Below are positions 50,910-60,400 of a stretch of 64,000 nt of DNA, one piece after another (position 1 is the first letter of the stretch; each line of letters begins with the position of its first letter). The position numbers were made by a program, and so were the translations under genes. Location: positions 84,905 to 148,904 of the forward strand of contig CAXXVK010000035.1 in assembly GCA_963676915.2 (NCBI GenBank). Direction: 5' to 3'. Below the pieces are notes generated by a model that made no database searches, was not told the origin of the DNA, and saw only the letters and a list, made by a program, of their open reading frames with translations. This stretch comes from Myxococcota bacterium. Lineage in GTDB: Bacteria > Myxococcota_A > SURF-8 > G963663525.

Positions 50910-53128
50910 TCCTTTTCGGTACAACCCGCCCCAAAAACCAGAAGATAACGGGGTTGTTTCGGCTTCTGGGACTGGTATTTCTCTGTCTTGCGGCGGGTTG
51001 CGACGAAAACAGCGAATCCCTATCCGGTGACGGAGATGCCGAATCTGTTCTCGAAAACGAGACGGAAACCGAAGAAAACCCTTTCGATCCGACACCTTAC
51101 GTAGATCCGATGATCGGTACGGCGGGGGATTGCGGCCAGCTTTCTCCGGCGGCGAGCGTTCCGTTCGGTATGGTGCGCCTGGGACCGGACACCGTGATTC
51201 GCAGCCATTCCGGCTACGATTACAACCTTTCTCACATCTCGGGATTTTCCCATACCCGCATCGACGGCGTGGGTTGCAATGGCGTCGGTGGAGATATCCG
51301 CATTCTACCCGGAACGGGCGAAGTACCTGCCGCCGCCCTGGAGATGGACAAAGAGACGGAAATTGCCGAAGCCGGGTACTATGCCGTTGACCTTATAGAC
51401 GGATCGCAGCGAATCGGGGTGGCGTTGTCCGTCACCTCACACGCCGGGTTGCATCGCTATCGGTTTCCCGAGGGTGTGGCTCCCGTGTTGTCGATTGCCT
51501 TCAACGATCCCATGACCCGTCTCGTCGAATCGTCCTGGAGCGCCAACGATACCGGTGACGGACTCGATGGTTGGATTTCTGCGGCGAATGTGTGCAACGA
51601 AGGCGCGTATACCCTTTATTTCAGTATGAAATTCAGCCGCCCGTGGACTTCCATCGAAACCGCAAGCGGGTCGCAAGGCGGGGAAGATACTCTCGTGCGC
51701 TTCGAAGCCTCGGATACGCAAGGGTTGTCGGTCAAAATCGGTTTGTCGAGCGTCGATAGCACCGAGGCGGCGGCCGATCGCGATCTGGAAATTCCGGACT
51801 GGGATCTGGATCTCGTTCGGGAAAACGCCCGCGAAGCGTGGCGAGAGATGCTGGCGAAGATCGAATGCGACGGCAATCAGGAGGTCAAAACTCTTTTCTA
51901 TTCCATGCTTTACCGGGTCTTGCTCACGCCTGCCGACATCACGACGCATTCCGGCATCTATCGCGGCACCGATGGCGAAATCCACCAGGCGGACGGTTTT
52001 CGCCGCTATCATGGTTGGTCCTTGTGGGACACCTACCGCAACAAATTCGCCTTGATATCGTTGATCGATCCGACTCGAAGCGAAGACATCATGCAATCGT
52101 TGGTCGGATTGTACCTTGAAGGCAAGCTCGACTGGTCCACGGAGCATGAACCGTATCCGAACGTCCGTACCGAGCACGCCGCCGCCTTGTTGCTGGATGC
52201 TCGCCGGAAACATCTCAACGGTTTCGCGTTGGAAAGCGCTTTCGAGGCGATCATGGAAGAGGCGGCGGAGCTTCCGATGGATTCTCCCGACAAGCAACTG
52301 GAGAGCGCTTACGATTTCTGGGCCATCGCTCAACTTGCCAAAATTCTTGGAAAAACAGAAACTTATGACACGTACCTTGCCCAGGCTTCGGAGGTCGAAA
52401 CCCTTTGGACGGATACCTTCAAGACCATGGGTGAAGACGCCGACGTGATGCACGCGAGAGGATTATACGAAGGTACGTTGTGGCAATATCGCTGGGCGTT
52501 GGTCCACAACATGGAAGGCATGATCGAACTCGATGGCGGAACGGAAGCGTTTTTGTCCAATCTGACGCAGTTTTTCGAAGAAGAACTTTACAATCACGGC
52601 AACGAGCCGGATCTTCACGTCCCGTTTCTTTTCAACTATGTGGGTCAACCCTGGAAAACCCAGGATCTCGTTCGGAGTCTGCTGGTCGAGGAGGTCAACC
52701 AGTGGTACGGAACCCATGAAAAATGGAGCGAACCCTACCATGGCCGCATCTATCGCGTGGACCCCGAAGGCTTGATTCCCGAAATGGACGACGATGACGG
52801 TACGATGTCGGCATGGTTCGTTTGGGCCGCGCTGGGGATGTATCCGGTGACGATCGGACATCCGGTGGTTGCGCTTTGTACTCCGCTGTTCGAAAAAGCG
52901 ATTCTACACCGCGAAGATGGCACGACATTCACGATTTTGGCGCCAGAGGTCTCCGAAAGCCACCGGTACGTGCAGTCGGCGACCCTCGACGGCAAAAACC
53001 TTCCCCGTGCCTGGCTCCACTATGACGAAATCCTCGAGGCCGGCGAACTGCGTTTCGAAATGGGAACGGCTCCCGGAACTTCGTGGGGAACAGCCTCCGA
53101 GCACAGTCCGCCCCCGGCTTTCGAATAG
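50894..53128 (+). CDS. GH92 alpha-mannosidase-family lipoprotein
   Basis: YVDPMIGT, PFGMVRLGPDT, GFSHTR..GVGC, WSLWDTYR, YEGTLWQY, HGNEPDLH, DDDDGTMSAW; lipobox AAGC. Confidence 0.92.
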   Translation: MEPRVILFGTTRPKNQKITGLFRLLGLVFLCLAAGCDENSESLSGDGDAESVLENETETEENPFDPTPYVDPMIGTAGDCGQLSPAASVPFGMVRLGPDTVIRSHSGYDYNLSHISGFSHTRIDGVGCNGVGGDIRILPGTGEVPAAALEMDKETEIAEAGYYAVDLIDGSQRIGVALSVTSHAGLHRYRFPEGVAPVLSIAFNDPMTRLVESSWSANDTGDGLDGWISAANVCNEGAYTLYFSMKFSRPWTSIETASGSQGGEDTLVRFEASDTQGLSVKIGLSSVDSTEAAADRDLEIPDWDLDLVRENAREAWREMLAKIECDGNQEVKTLFYSMLYRVLLTPADITTHSGIYRGTDGEIHQADGFRRYHGWSLWDTYRNKFALISLIDPTRSEDIMQSLVGLYLEGKLDWSTEHEPYPNVRTEHAAALLLDARRKHLNGFALESAFEAIMEEAAELPMDSPDKQLESAYDFWAIAQLAKILGKTETYDTYLAQASEVETLWTDTFKTMGEDADVMHARGLYEGTLWQYRWALVHNMEGMIELDGGTEAFLSNLTQFFEEELYNHGNEPDLHVPFLFNYVGQPWKTQDLVRSLLVEEVNQWYGTHEKWSEPYHGRIYRVDPEGLIPEMDDDDGTMSAWFVWAALGMYPVTIGHPVVALCTPLFEKAILHREDGTTFTILAPEVSESHRYVQSATLDGKNLPRAWLHYDEILEAGELRFEMGTAPGTSWGTASEHSPPPAFE

Positions 53129-53165
53129 AGCGGATCGTATTGGGTTTTTGCGATAGAAAACCTTG

Positions 53166-53759
53166 CTACTGTTTTTCCATCGTCTGGTGATTTGGCTTGG
53201 TGTCGGCCAAGGCGCGGATCAGTTCATTGGCCATATCGGCAGCCACCACGCCGAAGAAATCCGTACAATCGGGAATCGTGCTATAGGATACGACGACGAG
53301 CGCCGGTCGGCCATCGCTTTCCAGTACCGTGCGTACACGATAGGCGTATTGATGCGTAGTATGCATCAGATACGGATCATCGAGCCGGTGATCGTAGGGT
53401 AGCTCTCGCGGATGAACGAAGTCCGTTCCGGTGACAGGTTGGTCGAGCCAGTCGCCCTTTTTCTCTTCCTCGGCCTGAAGATGTATCCTGAAATCGTATG
53501 CGGCGGAGGAATCATCCACGACCTGGAATCCCGCTTCCTTCAGACGATCGACTACTGCTTTGTGCAAGTATTCTTCCTGGCCATGGCATTCACGGCGGAA
53601 ATCAGCGTAGACCCTCACGTCGGGATCGACGAAAAACCGGCTTTCGAGGTAGTGTGGGGCTTTTTCCTGGAGAGTCAGAGGCTTGTAACATCCCGAAATT
53701 CCAAGAAGTCCCAGGAAACATAACCCCAAAACCATTCTTCCGTGCGTGAAGAATGTCAT
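53166..53759 (-). CDS. hypothetical lipoprotein
   Basis: RBS AAGGGGG, signal peptide with lipobox ISGC. Confidence 0.6.
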   Translation of the reverse strand: MTFFTHGRMVLGLCFLGLLGISGCYKPLTLQEKAPHYLESRFFVDPDVRVYADFRRECHGQEEYLHKAVVDRLKEAGFQVVDDSSAAYDFRIHLQAEEEKKGDWLDQPVTGTDFVHPRELPYDHRLDDPYLMHTTHQYAYRVRTVLESDGRPALVVVSYSTIPDCTDFFGVVAADMANELIRALADTKPNHQTMEKQ

Positions 53760-53989
53760 CGCACCCCCTTTTATCGAAACAGCAATTGTAAAGACTTGTT
53801 CCAACGAACCGGATAAGACAAACATGGAGAGCAGAACAGAAGTCTCCCCATACCGTTGACTTAGAGCCTATTTGCGGGTGCCAAGGTCTTCGATTCAAAG
53901 AATCGATGGCCGTGTAAGTACTTGGAATCTCACGGTCATTGCCCTCAGGTCAAAGACCGTGCCACCCATCGTTTCCAAGCTTTTTCGAT

Positions 53990-54800
53990 CTATTCGTTTC
54001 CACCCAGAGAAAGCACGTCGTCGATGGCGTACAGTCCCGGTTGTTTGTCCATCAGCCAGCGAAGGCAGTGGAATCGCCCCTCGGACGAAAATTCCCCGGT
54101 CGGTGGCACGGTGGGTCAACTCCAACCGTTCGCCTTCTCCGAGGAAAAACACCGTATGCTCGCCCGTCACGTCGCCACCGCGAAGCGCGGCGAAACCGAT
54201 TTCTTCTTGATGGCGGGGGCTTTTGGTTCCTTCGCGGGAGAGTTTCGCCACGTCGTCGAAAACCTTTTCCCGACCTTTGGCCACGGCCTGACCCAGAAGG
54301 CGAGCCGTTCCCGAAGGGGCATCGAGCTTTCTACCATGATGCAGATCGAACAATTCGGCTACGAAATTTTCCGGCAGGCGGGACGCCGAAAATTCCACGA
54401 TGCTGCGCAAAATGTTGATTCCCAGCGAATAGTTGGCCGACCAGATAGCCGGAACCTCGCGGGTCCATTCTTCCAGCTTTTTCCACTCGCGTTCGCCGAT
54501 GCCGGTGGTACCGCCGATCAACGGCTTTTTCGGACCGATCTCCAGCAGACGGTTCATGCCGTCCGGCAGGGAAAAGTCGATGATCGCGTCCACGTCCGCC
54601 TCGGGATCGATCTCGGAAAACGCCACACCCAAAGGACCGACCCCCGCGAATTTCCCGGCATCCGAGCCGAGTTCCGGGTGGTTGGGGGCTTCCCAGGCCG
54701 CCGCCAACACCATATTCGAGGTGGATTGCAACTCGTGAATGATGCGCAGGCCCATACGTCCTGCGGCACCATGAACCGCCACTCGAAGCGCATCAGCCAT
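53990..54800 (-). CDS. dapB: 4-hydroxy-tetrahydrodipicolinate reductase (+1 frameshift near 54070)
   Basis: GAAGRMG, IDFS, GTTG, HHGRKLDAPSGTA, RGGDVTGEHTV. Removing one base after RGAI restores the canonical end ...KQPGLYAIDDVL, with TAG at 53990. Confidence 0.93.
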
Positions 54801-54802
54801 GA

Positions 54803-55690
54803 TCAACCCTCCCGGATGTCGAGGCCGAATTCTTTCAGCGTTCCGGCCACTTTCGGTTTCAATGCGTCATCCAACGGACACATCGGTAAGCGGAATTCCT
54901 CGCGAATCAGTCCCAGCATCGCCAACGCGGTTTTGACAGGAATGGGGTTGGTGGATACGAACATCGAGTGAATCAGGTCGAGCGCTTCGAACATGTCGTT
55001 ACGTGCGGCGTCAACCTCGTCCTTCGTCCAATGGTTCCAGATACTTACGAATTTTTCGGGGATTACGTTGCTGGTAACGGAAATCAGCCCTTGTCCACCG
55101 CAGGCCAGCGACGTGAGCAGCAGAGGATCGTCGCCGCTAAGCACGTTCCAGTTCCCGAGCGTTCGTCGCGTCGTTTCCTGGAACTGACCGATATTGTTGG
55201 AAGCTTCCTTGAGGCCGACCATCCGGTCCAGCTGGCTGAGTTTGACAGCGGTGTCGGAATCGATGTTGCAACCGGTGCGTCCCGGCACGTTATAGGCCAC
55301 GATCGGCAGGCCGGTGGCATCGAGACAAGCTTGGAAATGCGCCACGAGTCCCGCCGGAGTCGGTTTGTTGTAATACGGTGTCACCACGAGAGCGCCATCG
55401 GCACCCAGGGTTTCGGCCTGACGCAATTGCGCCAGTGTATGTTCGGTCGAGTTGCTGCCGCAGCCGACGATGACCGGGATACGGCCCGCCGTGATGTCCA
55501 GCGTCAGCTTGATGATTTGTTCGCGCTCCGCCATCGAGACGGTCGGGGACTCGCCGGTCGTACCCAGGGAAACGATCCCGTGGACTCCCGCCTGCACCTG
55601 ACGTTCGACCAGCTTTTCATAGGCCGGGGCGTCGAAATTTCCCGAGGCGAAAGGGGTAACGATTGCTGTCCAGATTCCGCGCGGTTGCAT
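54803..55690 (-). CDS. dapA: 4-hydroxy-tetrahydrodipicolinate synthase
   Basis: TAIVTPF, GTTGESPT, VTPYYNKP, YNVPGRTG, GLKEAS, LSGDD, NPIPVK. Confidence 0.97.
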   Translation of the reverse strand: MQPRGIWTAIVTPFASGNFDAPAYEKLVERQVQAGVHGIVSLGTTGESPTVSMAEREQIIKLTLDITAGRIPVIVGCGSNSTEHTLAQLRQAETLGADGALVVTPYYNKPTPAGLVAHFQACLDATGLPIVAYNVPGRTGCNIDSDTAVKLSQLDRMVGLKEASNNIGQFQETTRRTLGNWNVLSGDDPLLLTSLACGGQGLISVTSNVIPEKFVSIWNHWTKDEVDAARNDMFEALDLIHSMFVSTNPIPVKTALAMLGLIREEFRLPMCPLDDALKPKVAGTLKEFGLDIREG

Positions 55691-55702
55691 AGGTAATCTC
55701 CT

Positions 55703-57110
55703 TTAGGGGGTTAGAGGAATCAATGGCATGATAGGAACCATTTTTTTCTTCTTTTCTTTGGGTTTCGGCTTGTCTGCCGGTTTCTTTTTGGCCGGTTTTG
55801 CGGCAGGAGCGGTCACCGGAGCAGGAGGCGGCTCTTCTTCCATCGGTTCCGGCGGGAACGGTTCGACCGCCATCGGGTCGGGAAGTTCCGGCGGTCCCGG
55901 CGGTGTCGGTGGACGTTCGCCACGCACGGGAACGAGGGATTTTTTCGCCTTTACCGGTTTGGGAGCGGCGGCGAACAGCAGATCGTTTCCGCTTTTGGCC
56001 GAAGGGTCGTTGCCTCCGGCGGTATAGGCGATGCGATACGTTCCCGATTGTGCGTAGTTGCCAGACTTGTCCCAGGCTTCCACCTTGTAATCATAGTCGC
56101 CGCTGCTGGGCAGACCATTGTCGGTGAATTCGTTCACCGAGATAAAACCGGAGGTGTCGTCCCACTTGGCTTCTTCATTGTTGGCCGGACGGCGCAGCAG
56201 ACGATATCCCAGCAGGCCACCATCGGTGCTTTGCTGCCAGCGAAGCGTGATTTTTTCGGACAGCACCCAGACCCACTCGATCAGCGGCGGAGAGGGAGGA
56301 TTTTCGTCCTGGGCAGTGACGACGACTTCCGGTCCGGGCGCTCCCTCGAACCAGACGTTCGGAGCGACCTGACCCAGCGCCCGCGCACGATAATGCAGCG
56401 GAGTGTTGAGCGGCACGGCGTTGTCCATGTAGATTCCCTTGGCCAGCGGTGTACGGTTGACCGGAGAGGAGGGAAACGCACCTTTGTCCTCGGAACGATA
56501 GAGATTGATGTAGTGGGTCGGTCCTACTTTGACGGTTTCCCCGGCTTCGACGCGGCGGCGTTCTTCCATGGTGTACGGACGCGGAGGATAAGGCTGCCAG
56601 GTGATTTCCACGGCCCCGTCTCCGCTAGTGGCCGTGAGTTCCCTGGGAGCTTCTTCGGGAGCGATAGCCTGGAACGGACCGAGAATATAAGGAGTTTTCG
56701 ACACTTCCTTATTCACATTGTAGCTGTGAATAAGGTAGGTGTACCAATTGCCCATCGTAAGTTGACGGTCGGTGTATCCCATGACTTTCGCTGCAGCTTT
56801 TTTAGCTCCGGCCACACCGTCGGTGATGGGAAGTTTGACATCGGCGATCAATTCCGTCTTGATCTGCGCTTCGGTGGCGTTCTGGATGGGGGCTTCCTTG
56901 CGCAGAATCTTGTACCCTACGATACTGCTTTCTCCTTGGCCCGGCTGAACCTTCCATTGCATCACCAACTCGCCGTCCGAACCGAAAGCCCGTGCCTGCA
57001 AGGGCGTTGCAGGACGATTTTCGGGGCTGGCGGTCGGCCCCCTGCTTGGCAGCGCAAGCCGCGAAAAATACAGACAAAACGACGAGTACACCCACGCTTT
57101 GAATGCGCAT
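55703..57110 (-). CDS. fibronectin type III repeat lipoprotein with Pro-rich tail (frameshift in G-run near 57040)
   Basis: Signal MRIQSV...FFAAC in one frame joins three FN3-like W...GY...Y repeats in ORF 55703-57442; RBS GGAGG. Confidence 0.75.
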
Positions 57111-57429
57111 GGGAACACCTCCATGGTTGCGGTTGACTTTCGTGTTTCGGTAGAGATCCGAACGCCAAATGGGCGAAACAATCGGAATTTCTCCTGACAT
57201 CTCGATCCGTTAGACTCGGCTCGACCGAAAAAATCCCTAAAAAAATAGCCTGAAATGAAACGGATTGCAACCTTGCGGCGGTTTTTCGTAGGTCGGAGGG
57301 AGGAATCTCCTGTCATACAACACTTAAAATTCCGTTTTGTGTGGCAGCCAGCAGGAAAAACAGTTTGATTGTCATGCTTTTCATGATTCTTGCTCTCTTT
57401 CTCCCAATTTTTCCGACTCCTGGTAAACA

Positions 57430-60400
57430 TTACTCCGAACAATCAGGATATCCCGAGTAGCCCTCCGCACACAGGTTGCAATAAGGCCCCGTGTAGGAGA
57501 CATCGCAGGCGCAAGTTGTGAACCCGTGGTCGTCGAGGCTGCACGTCCCGTGGTCGTTACAGGGGTCAGGGGTGCAGGAGATGGGATGGAGGGTACGAAC
57601 AAGGCGGAAACCGATGCCGTTATTTCGAGCTCCGGGGGCTTCATCATGCCTGCGACCGGATCGGCTTCCCTGAGCATTTCCAGACCAATTGCCGCCTCGC
57701 ATAACGCGGTTCACTCCCGTATCGGGACCGAAAGGGTCGTTAACTTCTTGAGTTGAATAAGGATATTCGTAGTAGTCCCAGACCCATTCCAGTGCATTTC
57801 CGCTCATGTCGTACAAACCCCAGTCATTCGGAGTTCTTCCGCCTCCAGGATGGGTCGTACTGCTGGAATTCCCCGCATACCAGCCGATCAAATCCAGATT
57901 CGGATCGACGGGAGTGCTTCCCGTATACGTGATACCGCCATTGTAAAATGCCGATGTCGTTCCCGCACGGGCTGCATATTCCCACTCGGCCTCGGTAGGC
58001 AGACGATATCCTTCGCAATCTTGGGGATTTACCGCGCTTTCGGATAAAACGATGGTAGCCGAGTCGATTCCCCCCTGCGTTTCATTCATACAAGCCGTAT
58101 AGTTTGATCCCTGCTCCGATGCATCCTCGCATGTCACATTCGAGAATTCATAGCATGCTGCCAATCCTGCACTCAAAGACAACTCATTGGCATAAGCCAG
58201 AACGTCGTACCAGGAAACCATCTCGACGGGACATGCAACTCCGCTTTCTCCGTCACAGGCTGTAAAATGGCTGGGATTCCAAGACATTTCCGCCGTCCAT
58301 TCCCCTTGTGTCGCTTCGTAGACCTCCATCTGAAAATCGTAAGTCAGTGTCACTTCATGGAGTTCTTCGGCTCCCGGTTCGTCAATGCACTCCCCCGGAT
58401 ATCCCGCCGGGCAATCGCCGTCCGGCGAGCCCATCCAGAACGTCCCCGCGTCGATGGCTACCCACCCGTCGCAGACATCCCCCGCGCCGTCCTGGTCGCT
58501 GTCCACCTGATCGGGGTTGGCGTGCTGCGGGCAGTTGTCGTCGCAGTTGGTGTCCGTGGGTCCGGTGCATGGGTTCGAGCCATTGCCCTGCGGGATGCCA
58601 TCGCCATCCCAGTCCTCTACGTGATTCGTCGTGCGAACCAGCCGGAAGCCGATGCCGTAATCGCGGCCTCGGTCTTCGCGCGCTCCTCGTTTGGCAATTC
58701 GATGATACCTTCCGGTACTTTCCCAATCTCCTCCTTTTATCCTCCGAGTCGTCGAAGTGCCACTGGAACAAGAATCGGCGGAAGGATTAATCGTAGCAGC
58801 AGGATAGGTCGGCTCACTGCAATGCCAATCCCAGGTCCACTCGGAAACATTGCCGACCATATCGAAAACCATCCATGAATTCGGTTGTTTTTGCCCTCTT
58901 GGGTGAGTGATCCCCTCCCCGTTGTCGCAATACCATGAAATATCATCGAGGACCGGTTCATTCTCGCAAACACTGACATCATCGGTACTCGTATTTCCGG
59001 CATACGTGCTATCCAAAGTACCGGCACGAGCTACATATTCCCATTCCGCTTCGGTAGGCAGACGATATCCGTTGCACTGATAAACCGCTTGGTAGCCGGA
59101 TTCCAGGGCCACATCACACCTTTGCGCATTACAAAGCTTTTCGCTTTCCAGACAACTTCCTCCCAAACCTCCGCAATTGGACAAGATATAGCAGGGTTCA
59201 AAGCCAGCCGCCTGACTTACAAGGTTGGCATAGTACATGGCATCATAGCTGCTGACACGCTCGACCGGGCAATCGTTTCCACAGTCCGTGCCATCGCCAT
59301 TCGGACCGAAATAGCTGGGATTGTTTCCAACGACGGCTTCGAATTCCGCTTGAGAGACTTCGTGTTGCATCATTTGAAACCCGTTGGTCAGGGTTACTTC
59401 GTGCAAGGTTTCTCCGCTTCCTCGTCCCAACTCCGCCGTACAATCCCCCGGATATCCCGCCGGGCAATCGCCGTCCGGCGAGCCCATCCAGAACGTCCCC
59501 GCGTCGATGGCTACCCACCCGTCGCAGATATCCCCCGCGCCGTCCTGGTCGCTATCCGCCTGATCGGGGTTGTAATGCTCCGGGCAGTTGTCCGAGCAAT
59601 CGGCGGTGTTACCTCCCGTACAAGAGGCAAGACCGTTTATCGAATTGATTCCATCCTCGTCTGCATCCGGGTTGTCGTAGCTGTCGTTGGGATCGTTGCC
59701 GTTCGTGACCTCCTCGCCGTCGCCAAAACCGTCCTCGTCGGAGTCCCAGGCGTCGGGGTCGGTTCCGGTATCGGTTTCGTCCACGAACACGCCGGTGTCC
59801 GTTTCCGCCTCGTTGCTCAGGCCGTCGCCGTCGCGATCGGGGTCGCAGGCATCGCCGATGCCGTCGGCGTCGAGATCGTCCTGGTTGGGGTTGAAATCGA
59901 GCGGGCAATTGTCCTGGCAAAGCTCCGTCTCACCACCCGTGCAGGGGTCGCTGTAGTCGCCCTGGTTGAAGCCATCCGCGTCCCAATCCTGGATACGATT
60001 TGTGGTACGAACCAAGCGGAAGCCGATGTTTTTATATCGAGTATTACCCCCAAAACCAATGCGAGAAGCGGATCGGCAGGTTCTTGTGTGACTTTCATAA
60101 TTTCCACTACGCAAAGCATGTTCGGCACCAGAAACATTGGAACCGTTCGGATCGAATGCAATATCATTGTGATAGGCTTCTTGATACACATCCCAAACCC
60201 ATTCGGAAACATTCCCGCTTATGTCATAAATATTCCATGTATTGGCATCTTTTCCTCTATTGGAGTTGGTTGTATAGTATTTATTCCAACAATACCAAGC
60301 GATAAGATCCAGGTTTGGATCAAGCGAACAGTCTGAATAGGTAATCGTACCGTCATTTCCTTCACTGGGATAAAACGCCGTGTTGCTCCCTGCTCGGGCT

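Noticed and set aside
53895-53989. Extended DapB C-terminus
   Set aside because: Artefact of a +1 frameshift; the canonical DapB ending is in the adjacent frame.
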